This document shows positions 12,280 to 24,500 of a stretch of DNA of 64,000 nucleotides, one piece after another. The stretch is from the human T2T-CHM13v2.0 reference genome, Homo sapiens. The stretch's first letter is position 1. Every line of letters starts with the position of its first letter. The stretch lies in the NCBI RefSeq assembly GCF_009914755.1, contig NC_060940.1. The stretch is one strand, 5' to 3'. The notes below the pieces were generated by a model, which saw nothing but the letters and a program-made list of their open reading frames with translations, was not told the DNA's origin and did no database searches. Made by a program: the position numbers and the translations under genes.

Positions 12280-15200
12280 GATGCCAAAGGTAGAAAAGGA
12301 AATATCTTCGTATAATAGCAAGACAAAATCATTCCCAGTAACTGCGTAGTGATGTGTGGGTTTAACTCACAGAGATTAACCTTTCTTTTCATACAGCATT
12401 CTGTAAACACTCAGTTTCTAAAGTCTGCAATTGGATATTTGGACCTATTAGATGCCTTCGTTGGAAAGGAGATTTCTTAATATAATGCTAGAGAGAAGAA
12501 TTCTTAGTAAATTCTTTGAGTTGTGTGTATTCAACAGAAAGAGTTGAACCTTCCTTTAGACAGAGCAGATTTGAAACACTCTTTTTGTGCAATTTGCAAG
12601 TGGAGATTTCAAGCGCTTTAAGGCAAATGGCAGAAAAGGAAATGTCTTTGCTTCAAAACTAGACAGAATCATTCCCACAAACTGCGTTGTGATGTGTGCG
12701 TTCAACTCACAGAGTTTAACCTTTCTTTTCATAGAGCCGTTTGTAAGCGCTCTGTTTGTCAAGGCTGCAAGTGGATATTCTGACCTCTTTGTGGACCTCG
12801 TTGGAAACGTGATTTCTTCCTATAATACTAGACAGAAGAATTCTCAGTAACTTCCTTGTGTTGTGTGTATTCAACTCACAGAGTTGAACGATCCTTTACA
12901 CAGAGAAGATTTGAGACACTCTCTTTGTGGAATTCGTAACTGGAGATTTCAGCCACTTTGAGGTCAATGGTAGAAAAGGAAATATCTTCGTATAAAAACT
13001 ACACAGAATGATTCTCAGAAACTTCTCTGTGATGTGTGCGTTCAAATCACAGAGTTTAACTTTTCTTTTCATAGAGCAGTTTGGAAACACTCTGTTTGTA
13101 AAGTCTGCAAGTGGATATATTGACCTCTTTGAGACCTTCGTTGGAAACGGGTTTTTTTCATGTAAGGCTAGACAGAGGAATTCCCAGTAACTTCCTTGTG
13201 TTGTGTGCATTCAACTCACAGAGTTGAATGATTCTTTACACAGAGCAGATTTGAAACACTCTTTTTCTGGAATTTGCAAGTGGAGATTTCAGCCGCTTTG
13301 AGGTCAATGGTAGAAAAGTAAATATCTTCGTATAAAAACTAGACAGAATGATTCTCAGAAACTCCTTTGTGATGTGTGCGTTCAACTCACAGAGTTTAAC
13401 CTTTCTTTTCATAGAGCAGTTAGGAAACACTCTGTTTGTGAAGTCTGCCAGTGGATATTTGGACCTCTTTGAGGCCTTCCTTGGAAACGGGATTTCTTCA
13501 TATTATGCTAGACAGATTTCTCAGTAACTACTTTGTGTTGTGTGTATCCAACTAACGGAGTTCAACCCTCCTTTAGACAGAGTAGATTTGAAACACTCTT
13601 TTTGTGGAATTTGCAAGTGGAGATTTCAAGCGCTTCAATGCCAATGGTAGGAAAGGAAATATCTTCCTATAAAAACAAGACAAAATCATTCCCAGAAACT
13701 GTGTAGTGATGTGTGTGTTTAACTCACAGAGTTTAACCTTTCTTTTCATAAAACATTCTGGAAACACTCTGTTTGTAAAGTCTGCAAGTGCATATTTAGA
13801 CCTCTTAGATGCCTTCGTTGGAAACGGGATTTCTTCATATTATGCTAGACAGAAGAATTCTCAGTAACTTCCTTGTGTTGTGTGTATTCAAGTCACAGAG
13901 TTGAACGATCCTTTACACAGAGCAGATTTGAAACACTCTTTTTCTGGAATTTGCAAGTGGAGATTTCAGCCGCTTTGAGGTCAATGGTAGAAAAGGAAAT
14001 ATCTTCGTATAAAAACTAGACAGAATGATTCTCAGAAACTCCTTTGTGATGTGTGCGTTCAACTCACAGAGTTTAACCTTTCTTTTCATAGAGCAGTTAG
14101 GAAACACTCTGTTTGTGAAGTCTGCCAGTGGATATTCGGACCTCTTTGAGGCCTTCGTTAGAAACGGGATTTCTTCATATTATGCTAGACAGAAGATTTC
14201 TCAGTAACTACTTTGTGTTGTGTGTATGCCACTCACAGAGTTCAACCTTCCTTTAGACAGAGCAGATTTGAAACACTCTTTTTGTGGAATTTGCAAGTGG
14301 AGATTTCAAGCGCTTCGATGCCAATGGTAGAAAAGGAAATATCTTCGTATAAAAACAAGACAAAATCATTCCCAGAAACTGCGTAGTGCTGTGTGTGTTT
14401 AACTCACAGATTTTAACCTTTCTTTTCATACAGCATTCTGGAAACACTCTGTTTGTAATGTCTACAAGTGCATATTTGGACCTCTTAGATGCCTTCGTTG
14501 GAAACGGGATTTCTTCATATAATTCTAGAGGGAAGAATTCTTAGTAACCTCTTTGTGTTATGTGTATTCAACTGATGCAGTTGAACCTTCCTTTAGACAG
14601 AGCAGATTCGAAACACTCTTTTTCTGGAATTTCCAAGTGGAGACTTCAAGCCCTTTCAGGCCAAAGGCAGAAAAGGCATTATCCTCGTATAAAAACCAGA
14701 CATAATCATTCTCAGAAACTGCTCTGTGATGTGTGCGTTCAAGTCACAGAGTTTAACTTTTCTTTTCATTCAGCAGTTTGGAAACGCTCTGTTTCTAAAG
14801 TCTGCAAGTGGATATATTGACCTCTTTGAGGCCTTCCTTGGAAACGGGTTTTTTTCATGTAAGGCTAGACAGAAGAATTCCCAGTAACTTCTTTGTGTTG
14901 TGTGCATTCAACTCACAGAGTTGGACGTTCCTTTAGACAGAGCAGATTTGAAACACTCTTTTTGTGCAATTTGCAAGTGGAGATTTCAAGCGCTTTAAGG
15001 TCAATGGCAGAAAAGAAAATACCTTCGTTTCAAAACTAGACAGTATCATTCCCACAAACTGCGTTATGATGTGTGCATTCAACTCACAGAGTTTAACCTT
15101 TCTTTTCATAGAGCCGTTTGTAAGCACTCTGTTTGTCAAGTCTGCAGGTGGATATTCTGACCACTTTGAGGACTTCGTTGGAAACAGGATTTCGTCCTAT

Positions 15201-18200
15201 AATACTAGACAGAAGAATTCTCAGTAACTTCCTTCTGTTGTGTGTATTCAACTCACAGAGTTGAACCATCTTTTACACAGAGCAGATCTGAAACACTCTT
15301 TTTGTGGAATTTGCAAGTGGAGATTTCAGCCACCTTGAGGTCAATGGTAGAAAAGGAAATATCTTCGTATAAAAACTAGACAGAATGATTCTCAGAAACT
15401 CCTTTGTGATGTGTGCGTTCAACTCACTGAGTTTAACCTTTCTTTTCATACAGCATTCTGGAAACACCCTGTTTCTAAAGTCTGCAAGTGGATATCTGGA
15501 CCTCTTAGATGCCTTCGTTGGAAACGGGATTTCTCCATATACTGCAAGAGGGAAGAATTCTTAGTAACATCTTTGTGTTGTGTGTATTCAACTGACAGAG
15601 TTGAACCTTCCTTTACACAGAGCAGATTTGAAACACTCTTTTTGTGGAATTTGCAAGTGGAGATTTCAGTCGCTTTGAGGCCAAAAGCAGAAAAGGAAAT
15701 ATTTTCCTATAAAAACTAGATAGAATCATTCTCAAAACTGCTCTGTGATGTGTGCGTTCAACTCACAGAGTTTAACTTTTCATTCAGCAGTTTGGAAACA
15801 CTCTGTTTGTAAAGTCTGCAACTGGATATTTTGACCTCTTTGAGGCCTTCGTTGAAAACGGGTTTTTTTCATGTAAGGCTAGAAGAAGAAATCTCAGTAA
15901 CTTCCTTGTGTTGTGGGTATTGAACTGAGAGAGTTGAACCTTCCTTTAGACAGAGCAGATTCGAAACACTCTTTTTGTGCAATTTGCAAGTGGAAACTTC
16001 AAGCGCTTTGAGGCCAAAGGCAGAAAAGGAAATATCTTCGTATAAAAACCCGACAGAATCATTCTCAGAAACTGCTCTGTGATGTGTGCGTTCAACTCAC
16101 AGAGTTTAACTTTTCTTTTCATTCAGCACTTTGCAAACACTCTGTTTGTAAAGTCTACAAGTGGATATATTGACCTCTTTGAGGCCTTCGTTGGAAAAGG
16201 GTTTTTTCATGTAAGGCTAGACAGAGGAATTCCCAGTAACTTCCTTGTGTTGTGTGCATTCAACTCACAGAGTTGAATGATTCTTTACACAGAGCAGATT
16301 TGAGACACTCTTTTGGTGGAATCTGTAAGTGGAGAATTCAGCCGCTTTGAGGTCAATGGTAGAAAAGGAAATATCTTCCTATAAAAACAAGACAAAATCA
16401 TTCCCAGAAACTGCGTAGTGATGTGTGTGTTTAACTCACAGAGTTTAACCTTTCTTTTCATACAGCATTCTGGAAACACTCTGTTTGTAAAGTCTACAAG
16501 TGCATATTTGGACCTCTTTGATGCCTTCGTTGGAAACGGGATTTCTTCATATAATGCTAGAGGGAAGAATTCTTAATAAGTTCTTTGTGTTGTGTGTATT
16601 CAACTGACAGATTTGAACCTTCCTTTAGACAGAGCAGATTTGAAACACCCTTTTTGTGGAATTTCAAGTGGAGACTTCAAGTGCTTTGAGGCCAAAGGCA
16701 GAAAAGGAAATATCTTCGTATAAAAACCAGACAGAATCATTCTCAGAAACTGCTCTGTGATGTGTGCGTTCAACTCACAGAGTTTAACTTTTCTTTTCAT
16801 TCAGCAGTTTGGAAACACTCTTTTTGTAAAGTCTGCACGTGGATATATTGACCTCTTTGAGGCCTTCGTTGCAATCGGGTTTTTTTCATGTAAGGCTAGA
16901 CAGAGGAATTCCCAGTAACTTCCTTCTGTTGTGTCCATTCAACTCACGGAGTTGAACGTTCCTTTAGACAGAGCAGATTTGAAACACTCTTTTTCTGCAA
17001 TTTGCAAGTGGAGACTTCAAGCGCTTTAAGGTCAATGGCAGAAAAAGAAGTATCTTCGTTTCAAAATTAGACAGTATCATTCCCACAAACTGCGTTGTGA
17101 TGTGTGCGTTCAACTCACAGAGTTTAACCTTTCTTTTCATAGAGCCGTTTGTAAACGCTCTGTTTGTCAAGTCTGCAAGTGGATATTCTGACCTCTTTGA
17201 GGACTTCTTTGGAAACGGGATTTCTTCCTATAATACTAGACAGAAGAATTCTCAGTAACTTCCTTGTGTTGTGTGTATTCAACTCACAGACTTGAACGAT
17301 CCTTTACACAGAGCAGATTTGAGACACTCTTTTTGTGGAATATGTAAGTGGAGATTTCAGCCGCTTTGAGGTCAATGGTAGAAAAGGAAATATCTTCGTA
17401 TAAAAACTACACAGAATGATTCTCAGAAACTGCTTTGTGATGTGCCCTTTCAACTCACAGACTTTAACCTTTCTTTTCATAGAACAGTTAGCAAACACTC
17501 TGTTTGTAAAGTCTGCAAGTGGATATACAGACCTCTTTGAGGCCTTCGTTGGAAACGGGATTTCTTCATTTTATGCTAGACAGAAGAATTCTCAGTAACT
17601 ACCTTGTGTTGTGTGTATTTAACTCACAGAGTTGAACCATCTTCTACACAGAGCAGATCTGAAACACTCTTTTTGTGGGATTTGCAAGTGGAGATTTCAG
17701 CCAACTTGAGGTCAATGGTAGAAAAGGAAATATCTTCGTATACAAACTAGACAGAATGATTCTCAGCAACTCCTTTGTGATGTGTGCGTACAACACACAG
17801 ACTTTAACCTTTCTTTTTATACAGCATTCTGGAAACACTCTGTTTGTAAAGTCTGCAAGTGGATATCTGGACCTCTTAGATGCCTTCGTTGGAAACGGGA
17901 TTGCTTCATATAATGCTAGAGGGAAGAATTCTTAATAAGTTCTTTGTGTTGTGTGTATTCAACTGACAGATTTGAACCTTCCTTTAGACAGAGCAGATTT
18001 GTAACACCGTTTTTGTGAAATTTCAAGTGGAGACTTCAAGCGCTTTGAGGCCAAAGGCAGAAAAGGAAATATCTTCGTATAAAAACCAGACAGAATCATT
18101 CTCAGAAACTGCTCTCTGATGTGTGCGTTCAACTCACAGAGTTTAACTTTTCTTTTCATTCACCAGTTTGGAAACACTCTTTTTGTAAAATCTGCAAATG

Positions 18201-18540
18201 GATATATTGACCTCTTTGAGGCCTTCGTTGCAAACGGGTTTTTTTCATGTAAGGCTAGACAGAGGAATTCCCAGTAACTTCCTTGTGTTGTGTGCATTCA
18301 ACTCACAGAGTTGAACATTCCTTTAGACAGAGCAGATTTGAAACACTCTTTTTGTGCAATTTGCAAGTGGAGACTTCAAGAGCTTAAAGGTCAATGGCAG
18401 AAAAAGAAATATCTTCGTTTCAAAACTAGACAGTATCATTCCCACAAACTGCGTTGTGATGTGTGCGTTCAACTCACAGAGTTTAACCTTTCTTTTCATA
18501 GAGCCGTTTGTAAGCGCTCTGTTTGTAAAGTCTGCAAGTG
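12280..18540 (+). repeat. Divergent SF1 (J1/J2 dimeric) alpha satellite transition layer
   Basis: ~340-bp dimers with gaattctcagtaacttccttgtgttgtgtgtattc and CTTCGTTGGAAACGGG. Dimer order is irregular, there are many substitutions, and it contains a cattcccacaaactgcgtt monomer type not seen further right. Right boundary is approximate. Confidence 0.8.
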
Positions 18541-21500
18541 GATATCTTGGCCTCTTAGAGGCCTTCGTTGGAAACGGGTTTTTTTCATATAAGGTTAGAC
18601 AGAGGAATTCCCAGTAACTTCCTTGTGTTGTGTGCATTCAACTCACAGAGTTGAATGATTCTTTACACAGAGCAGATTTGAGACACTCTTTTGGTGGAAT
18701 TTGTAAGTGGAGAATTCCGCCGCTTTGAGTCAATGGTAGGCAAGGAAATATCTTCGTATAAAAACAAGACAGAATGATTCTCAGAAACTGTTTTGTGATG
18801 TGTGCGTTCAACTCACAGAGTTTAACCTTTCTTTTCAAAGAGCAGTTAGGAAACACTCTGTTTGTAAAGTCTGCAAGTGGATATTCAGACCTCTTTGAGG
18901 CCTTCGTTGGAAACGGGATTTCTTCATATTATGCTAGACAGAAGAATTCTCAGTAACTTCCTTGTGTTGTGTGTATTCAACTCACAGAGTTGAACGATCC
19001 TTTACACAGAGCAGATTTGAAACACTCTTTTTCTGGAATTTGCAAGTGGAGATTTCAGCCGCTTTGAGGTCAATGGTAGAAAAGGAAATATCTTCGTATA
19101 AAAACTAGACAGAATGATTCTCAGAAACTCCTTTGTGATGTGTGCGTTCAACTCACAGAGTTTAACCTTTCTTTTCACAGACCAGTTAGGAAACACTCTG
19201 TTTGTGAAGTCTGCCAGTGGATATTAGTACCTCTTTGAGGCCTTCGTTGGAAACGGGATTTCTTCATATTATGCTAGACAGATTTCTCAGTAACTACTTT
19301 GTGTTGTGTGTATGCAACTCACAGAGTTCATCCTTCCTTTAGACAGAGCAGATTTGAAACACTCTTTTTGTGGAATTTGCAAGTGGAGATTTCAAGCGCT
19401 TCGACGCCAATGGTCGAAAAGGAAATATCTTCGTATAAAAACAAGACAAAATCATTCCCAGAAACTGCGTAGTGCTGTGTGTGTTTAACTCACAGAGTTT
19501 AACCTTTCTTTTCATACAGCATTCTGGAAACCCTCTGTTTGTAAAGTCTGCAAGTGGATATTTGGACGTCTTAGATGCCTTCGTTGGAAACGGGATTTCT
19601 TCATATAATGCTAGAGGGAAGAATTCTTAGTAACTTCTTTGTGTTGTGTATATTCAACTGACAGAGTTGAACCTTCCTTTAGACAGAGCAGATTTGAAAG
19701 TCTCTTTTTGTGGAATTTGCAAGTGGAGATTTCAAGCGCTTTGAGGCCAAAAGCAGAAAAGGAAATATTCTCCTATAAAAACTAGACAGAATCATTCTCA
19801 GAAACTGCTCTGTGATGTGTGCGTTCAACTCACAGAGTTTAACTTTTCTTTTCATTCAGCAGTTTGGAAACACTCTGTTTGAAAAGTCTGCCGTGGATAT
19901 TTTGACCTCTTTGAGGCCTTCGTTGGAAACGGGTTTTTTTCATGTAAGGCTAGACAGAGGAAATCTCTGTAACTTCCTTGTGTTGTGTGTATTCAACTGA
20001 CAGAGTTGAACCTTCCTTTAGACAGAGCAGATTCGAAGCACTCTTTTTCTGCAATTTGCAAGTGGAGACTTCAAGCGCTTTGAGGCCAAAGGCAGAAAAG
20101 GAAATATCTTCGTATAAAAACCCGACAGAATCATTCTCAGAAACTGCTCTGTGATGTGTGCGTTCAACTCACAGAGTTTAACTTTTCTTTTCATTCAGCA
20201 GTTTGGAAACACTCTGTTTATAAAGTCTGCAAGTGGATATATTGGCCTCTTAGAGGCCTTCGTTGGAAACGGGTTTTTATCATGTAAGGTTATTCAGAGG
20301 AATTCCCAGTAACTTCCTTGTGTTGTGTGCATTCAACTCAGAGAGTTGAATGATTCTTTACACAGAGCAGATTTGAGACACTCTTTTAGTGGAATTTGTA
20401 TGTGGAGAATTCAGCCGCTTTGAGGTCAATGGTAGAAAAGGAAATATCTTCGTATAAAAACTAGACAGAATGATTCTCAGAAACTGTTTTGTGATGTGTG
20501 CGTTCAACTCACAGAGTTTAACCTTTCTTTTCAAAGAGCAGTTAGGAAACACTCTGTTTGTAAAGTCTGCCAGTGGATATTCAGACCTCTTTGAGGCCTT
20601 CGTTGGAAACGGGATTTCTTCATATTATGCTAGACAGAAGAATTCTCAGTAACTTCCTTGTGTTGTGTGTATTCAACTCACAGAGTTGAACGATCCTTTA
20701 CACAGAGCCGATTTGAAACACTCTTTTTCTGGAATTTGCAAGTGGAGATTTCAGCCGCTTTGAGGTCAATGGTAGAAAAGGAAATATCTTCGTATAAAAA
20801 CTAGACAGAATGATTCTCAGAAACTCCTTTGTGATGTGTGCGTTCAACTCACAGAGTTTAACCTTTCTTTTCACAGACCAGTTAGGAAACACTCTGTTTG
20901 TGAAGTCTGCCAGTGGATATTCGGACCTCTTTGAGGCCTTCGTTGGAAACGGGATTTCTTCATATTATGCTAGACAGATTTCTCAGTAACTACTTTGTGT
21001 TGTGTATATGCAACTCACAGAGTTCAACCTTCCTTTAGAGAGAGCAGATTTGAAACACTCTTTTTGTGGAATTTGGAAGTGGAGATTTCAAGCGCTTCGA
21101 TGCCAATGGTAGAAAAGGAAATATCTTCGTATAAAAACAAGACAAACTCGTTCCCAGAAACTGCGTAGTGATGTGTGTGTTTAACTCACAGAGTTTAACC
21201 TTTCTTTTCATACAGAATTCTGGAAACCCTCTGTTTGTAAAGTCTGCAAGTGGATATTTGGACCTCTTAGATGCCTTCTTTGGAAACGGGATTTCTTCAT
21301 ATAATGGTAGAGGGAAGAATTCTTAGTAACTTCTTTGTGTTGTGTGTATTCAACTGACAGAGTTGAACATTCCTTTAGACAGAGCAGATTTGAAAGTCTC
21401 TTTTTGTGGAATTTGCAAGTGGAGATTTCAAGCACTTTGAGGCCAAAAGCAGAAAAGGAAATATTTTCCTATAAAAACTAGACATAATCATTCTCAGAAA

Positions 21501-24500
21501 CTGCTCTGTGATGTGTGCGTTCAACTCACAGAGTTTAACTTTTCTTTTCATTCAGCAGTTTGGAAACACTCTGTTTGAAAAGTCTGCCGTGGATATTTTG
21601 ACCTCTTTGAGGCCTTGGTTGGAAACGGGTTTTTTTCATGTAAGGCTAGACAGAGGAAATCTCAGTAACTTCCTTGTGTTGTGTGTATTCAACTGACAGG
21701 GTTGAACCTTCCTTTAGACAGAGCAGATTCCAAACACTCTTTTTCTGCAATTTGCAAGTGGAGACTTCAAGCGCTTTGAGGCCAAAGGCAGAAAAGGAAA
21801 TATCTTCGTATAAAAACCCGACATAATCATTCTCAGAAACTGCTCTGTGAAGTGTGCGTTCAACTCACAGAGTTTAACTTTTCTTTTCATTCAGCAGTTT
21901 GGAAACACTCTGTTTGTAAAGTCTGCAAGTGGATATATTGGCTTCTTAGAGGCCTTCGTTGGAAACGGGTTTTTTTCCTGTAAGGTTAGACAGAGGAATT
22001 CCCAGTAACTTCCTTGTGTTGTGTGCATTCAACTCACAGAGTTGAATGATTCTTTACACAGAGCAGATTTGAGACACTCTTTTGGTGGAATTTGTAAGTG
22101 GAGAATTCAGCCGCTTTGAGGTCAATGGTAGAAAAGGAAATATCTTCGTATAAAAACTAGACAGAATGATTCTCAGAAACTGTTTTGTGATGTGTGCGTT
22201 CAACTCACAGAATTTAACCCTTCCTTTCAAAGACCAGTTAGGAAACACTCTGTTTGTAAAGTCTGCAAGTGGATATTCAGACCTCTTTGAGGCCTTCGTT
22301 GGAAACGGGATTTCTTCATATTATGCTAGACAGAACAATTCTCAGTAACTTCCTTGTGTTGTGTGTATTCAACTCACAGAGTTGAACGATCCTTTACACA
22401 GAGCAGATTTGAAACACTCTTTTTCTGGAATTTGCAAGTGGAGATTTCAGCCGCTTTGAGGTCAATGGTAGAAAAGGAAATATCTTCGTATAAAAACTAG
22501 ACAGAATGATTCTCAGAAACTCCTTTGTGATGTGTGCGTTCAACTCACAGAGTTTAAACTTTCTTTTCACAGAGCAGTTAGGAAACACTCTGTTTGTGAA
22601 GTCTGCCAGTGGATATTCGGACCTCTTTGAGGACTTCGTTGGAAACGGGATTTCTTCATATTATGCTAGACAGATTTCTCAGTAACTACTTTGTGTTGTG
22701 TGTATGCAACTCACAGAGTTCAACCTTCCTTTAGACAGAGCAGATTTGAAACACTCTTTTTGTGGAATTTGCAAGTGGAGATTTCAAGCGCTTCGACGCC
22801 AATGGTCGAAAAGGAAATATCTTCGTATAAAAACAAGACAAAATCATTCCCAGAAACTGCGTAGTGCTGTGTGTGTTTAACTCACAGAGTTTTACCTTTC
22901 TATTCATACACCATTCTGGAAACCCTCTGTTTGTAAAGTCTGCAAGTGGATATTTGGACCTCTTAGATGCCTTCGTTGGAAACGGGATTTCTTCCCATAA
23001 TGCTAGAGGGAAGAATTCTTAGTAACTTCTTTGTGTTGTGTGTATGCAACTGACAGAGTTGAACCTTCCGTTAGACACAGCAGATTTGAAAGTCTCTTTT
23101 TGTGGAATTTGCAAGTGGAGATTTCAAGCGCTTTGAGGCCAAAAGCAGAAAAGGAAATATTTTCCTATAAAAACTAGACAGAATCATTCTCAGAAACTGC
23201 TCTGTGATGTGTGCGTTCAACTCACAGAGTTTAACATTTCTTTTCATTCAGCAGTTAGGAAACACTCTGTTTGTAAAGTCTGCAAGTGGATATTCAGACC
23301 TCTTTGAGGCCTTCGTTGGAAACGGGATTTCTTCATATTATGCTAGACAGAAGAATTCTCAGTAACTTCCTTGTGTTGTGTGTATTCAACTCACAGAGTT
23401 GAACGATCCTTTACACAGAGCAGATTTGAAACACTCTTCTTCTGGAATTTGCAAGTGGAGATTTCAGCCGCTTTGAGGTCAATGGTAGAAAAGGAAATAT
23501 CTTCGTATAAAAACTAGACAGAATGATTCTCAGAAACTCCTTTCTGATGTGTGCGTTCAACTCACAGAGTCTAACCTTTCTTTTCACAGAGCAGTTAGGA
23601 AACACTCTGTTTGTGAAGTCTGCCAGTGGATATTCGGACCTCTTTGTGGCCTTCGTTGGAAACGGGATTTCTTCATATTATGCTACACAGATTTCTCAGT
23701 AACCATTTTGGGTTGTGTATATGCAACTCACAGAGTTCAACTTTCCTTTAGAGAGAGCAGATTTGAAACACTCTTTTTGTGGAATTTGCAAGTGGAGATT
23801 TCAAGCGCTTCGATGCCAATGGTAGAAAAGGAAATATCTTCGTATAAAAACAAGACAAACTCGTTCCCAGAAACTGCGTAGTGATGTGTGTGTTTAACTC
23901 ACAGAGTTTAACCTTTCTCTTTATACAGAATTCTGGAAACCCTCTGTTTGTAAAGTCTGCAAGTGGATATTTGGACCTCTTAGATGCCTTCGTTGGAAAC
24001 GGGATTTCTTCATATAATGCTAGAGGGAAGAATTCTTAGTAACTTCTTTGTGTTGTGTGTATTCAACTGACAGAGTTGAACCTTCCTTTAGACAGAGCAG
24101 ATTTGAAAGTCTCTTTTTGTGGAATTTGCAAGTGGAGATTTCAAGCGCTTTGAGGCCAAATGCAGAAAAGGAAATATTTTCCTATAAAAACTAGACAGAA
24201 TCATTCTCAGAAACTGCTCTGTGATGTGTGCGTTCAACTCACAGAGTTTAACTTTTCTTTTCATTCAGCAGTTTGGAAACACTCTGTTTGTAAAGTCTGC
24301 CATGGATAATTTGACCTCTTTGAGGCCTTCGTTGGAAACGGGTTTTTTTCATGTAAGGCTAGACAGAGGAAATCTCTGTAACTTCCTTGTGTTGTGTGTA
24401 TTCAACTGACAGGGTTGAACCTTCCTTTAGACAGAGCAGATTCCAAACACTCTTTTTCTGCAATTTGCAAGTGGAGACTTCAAGCGCTTTGAGGCCAAAG

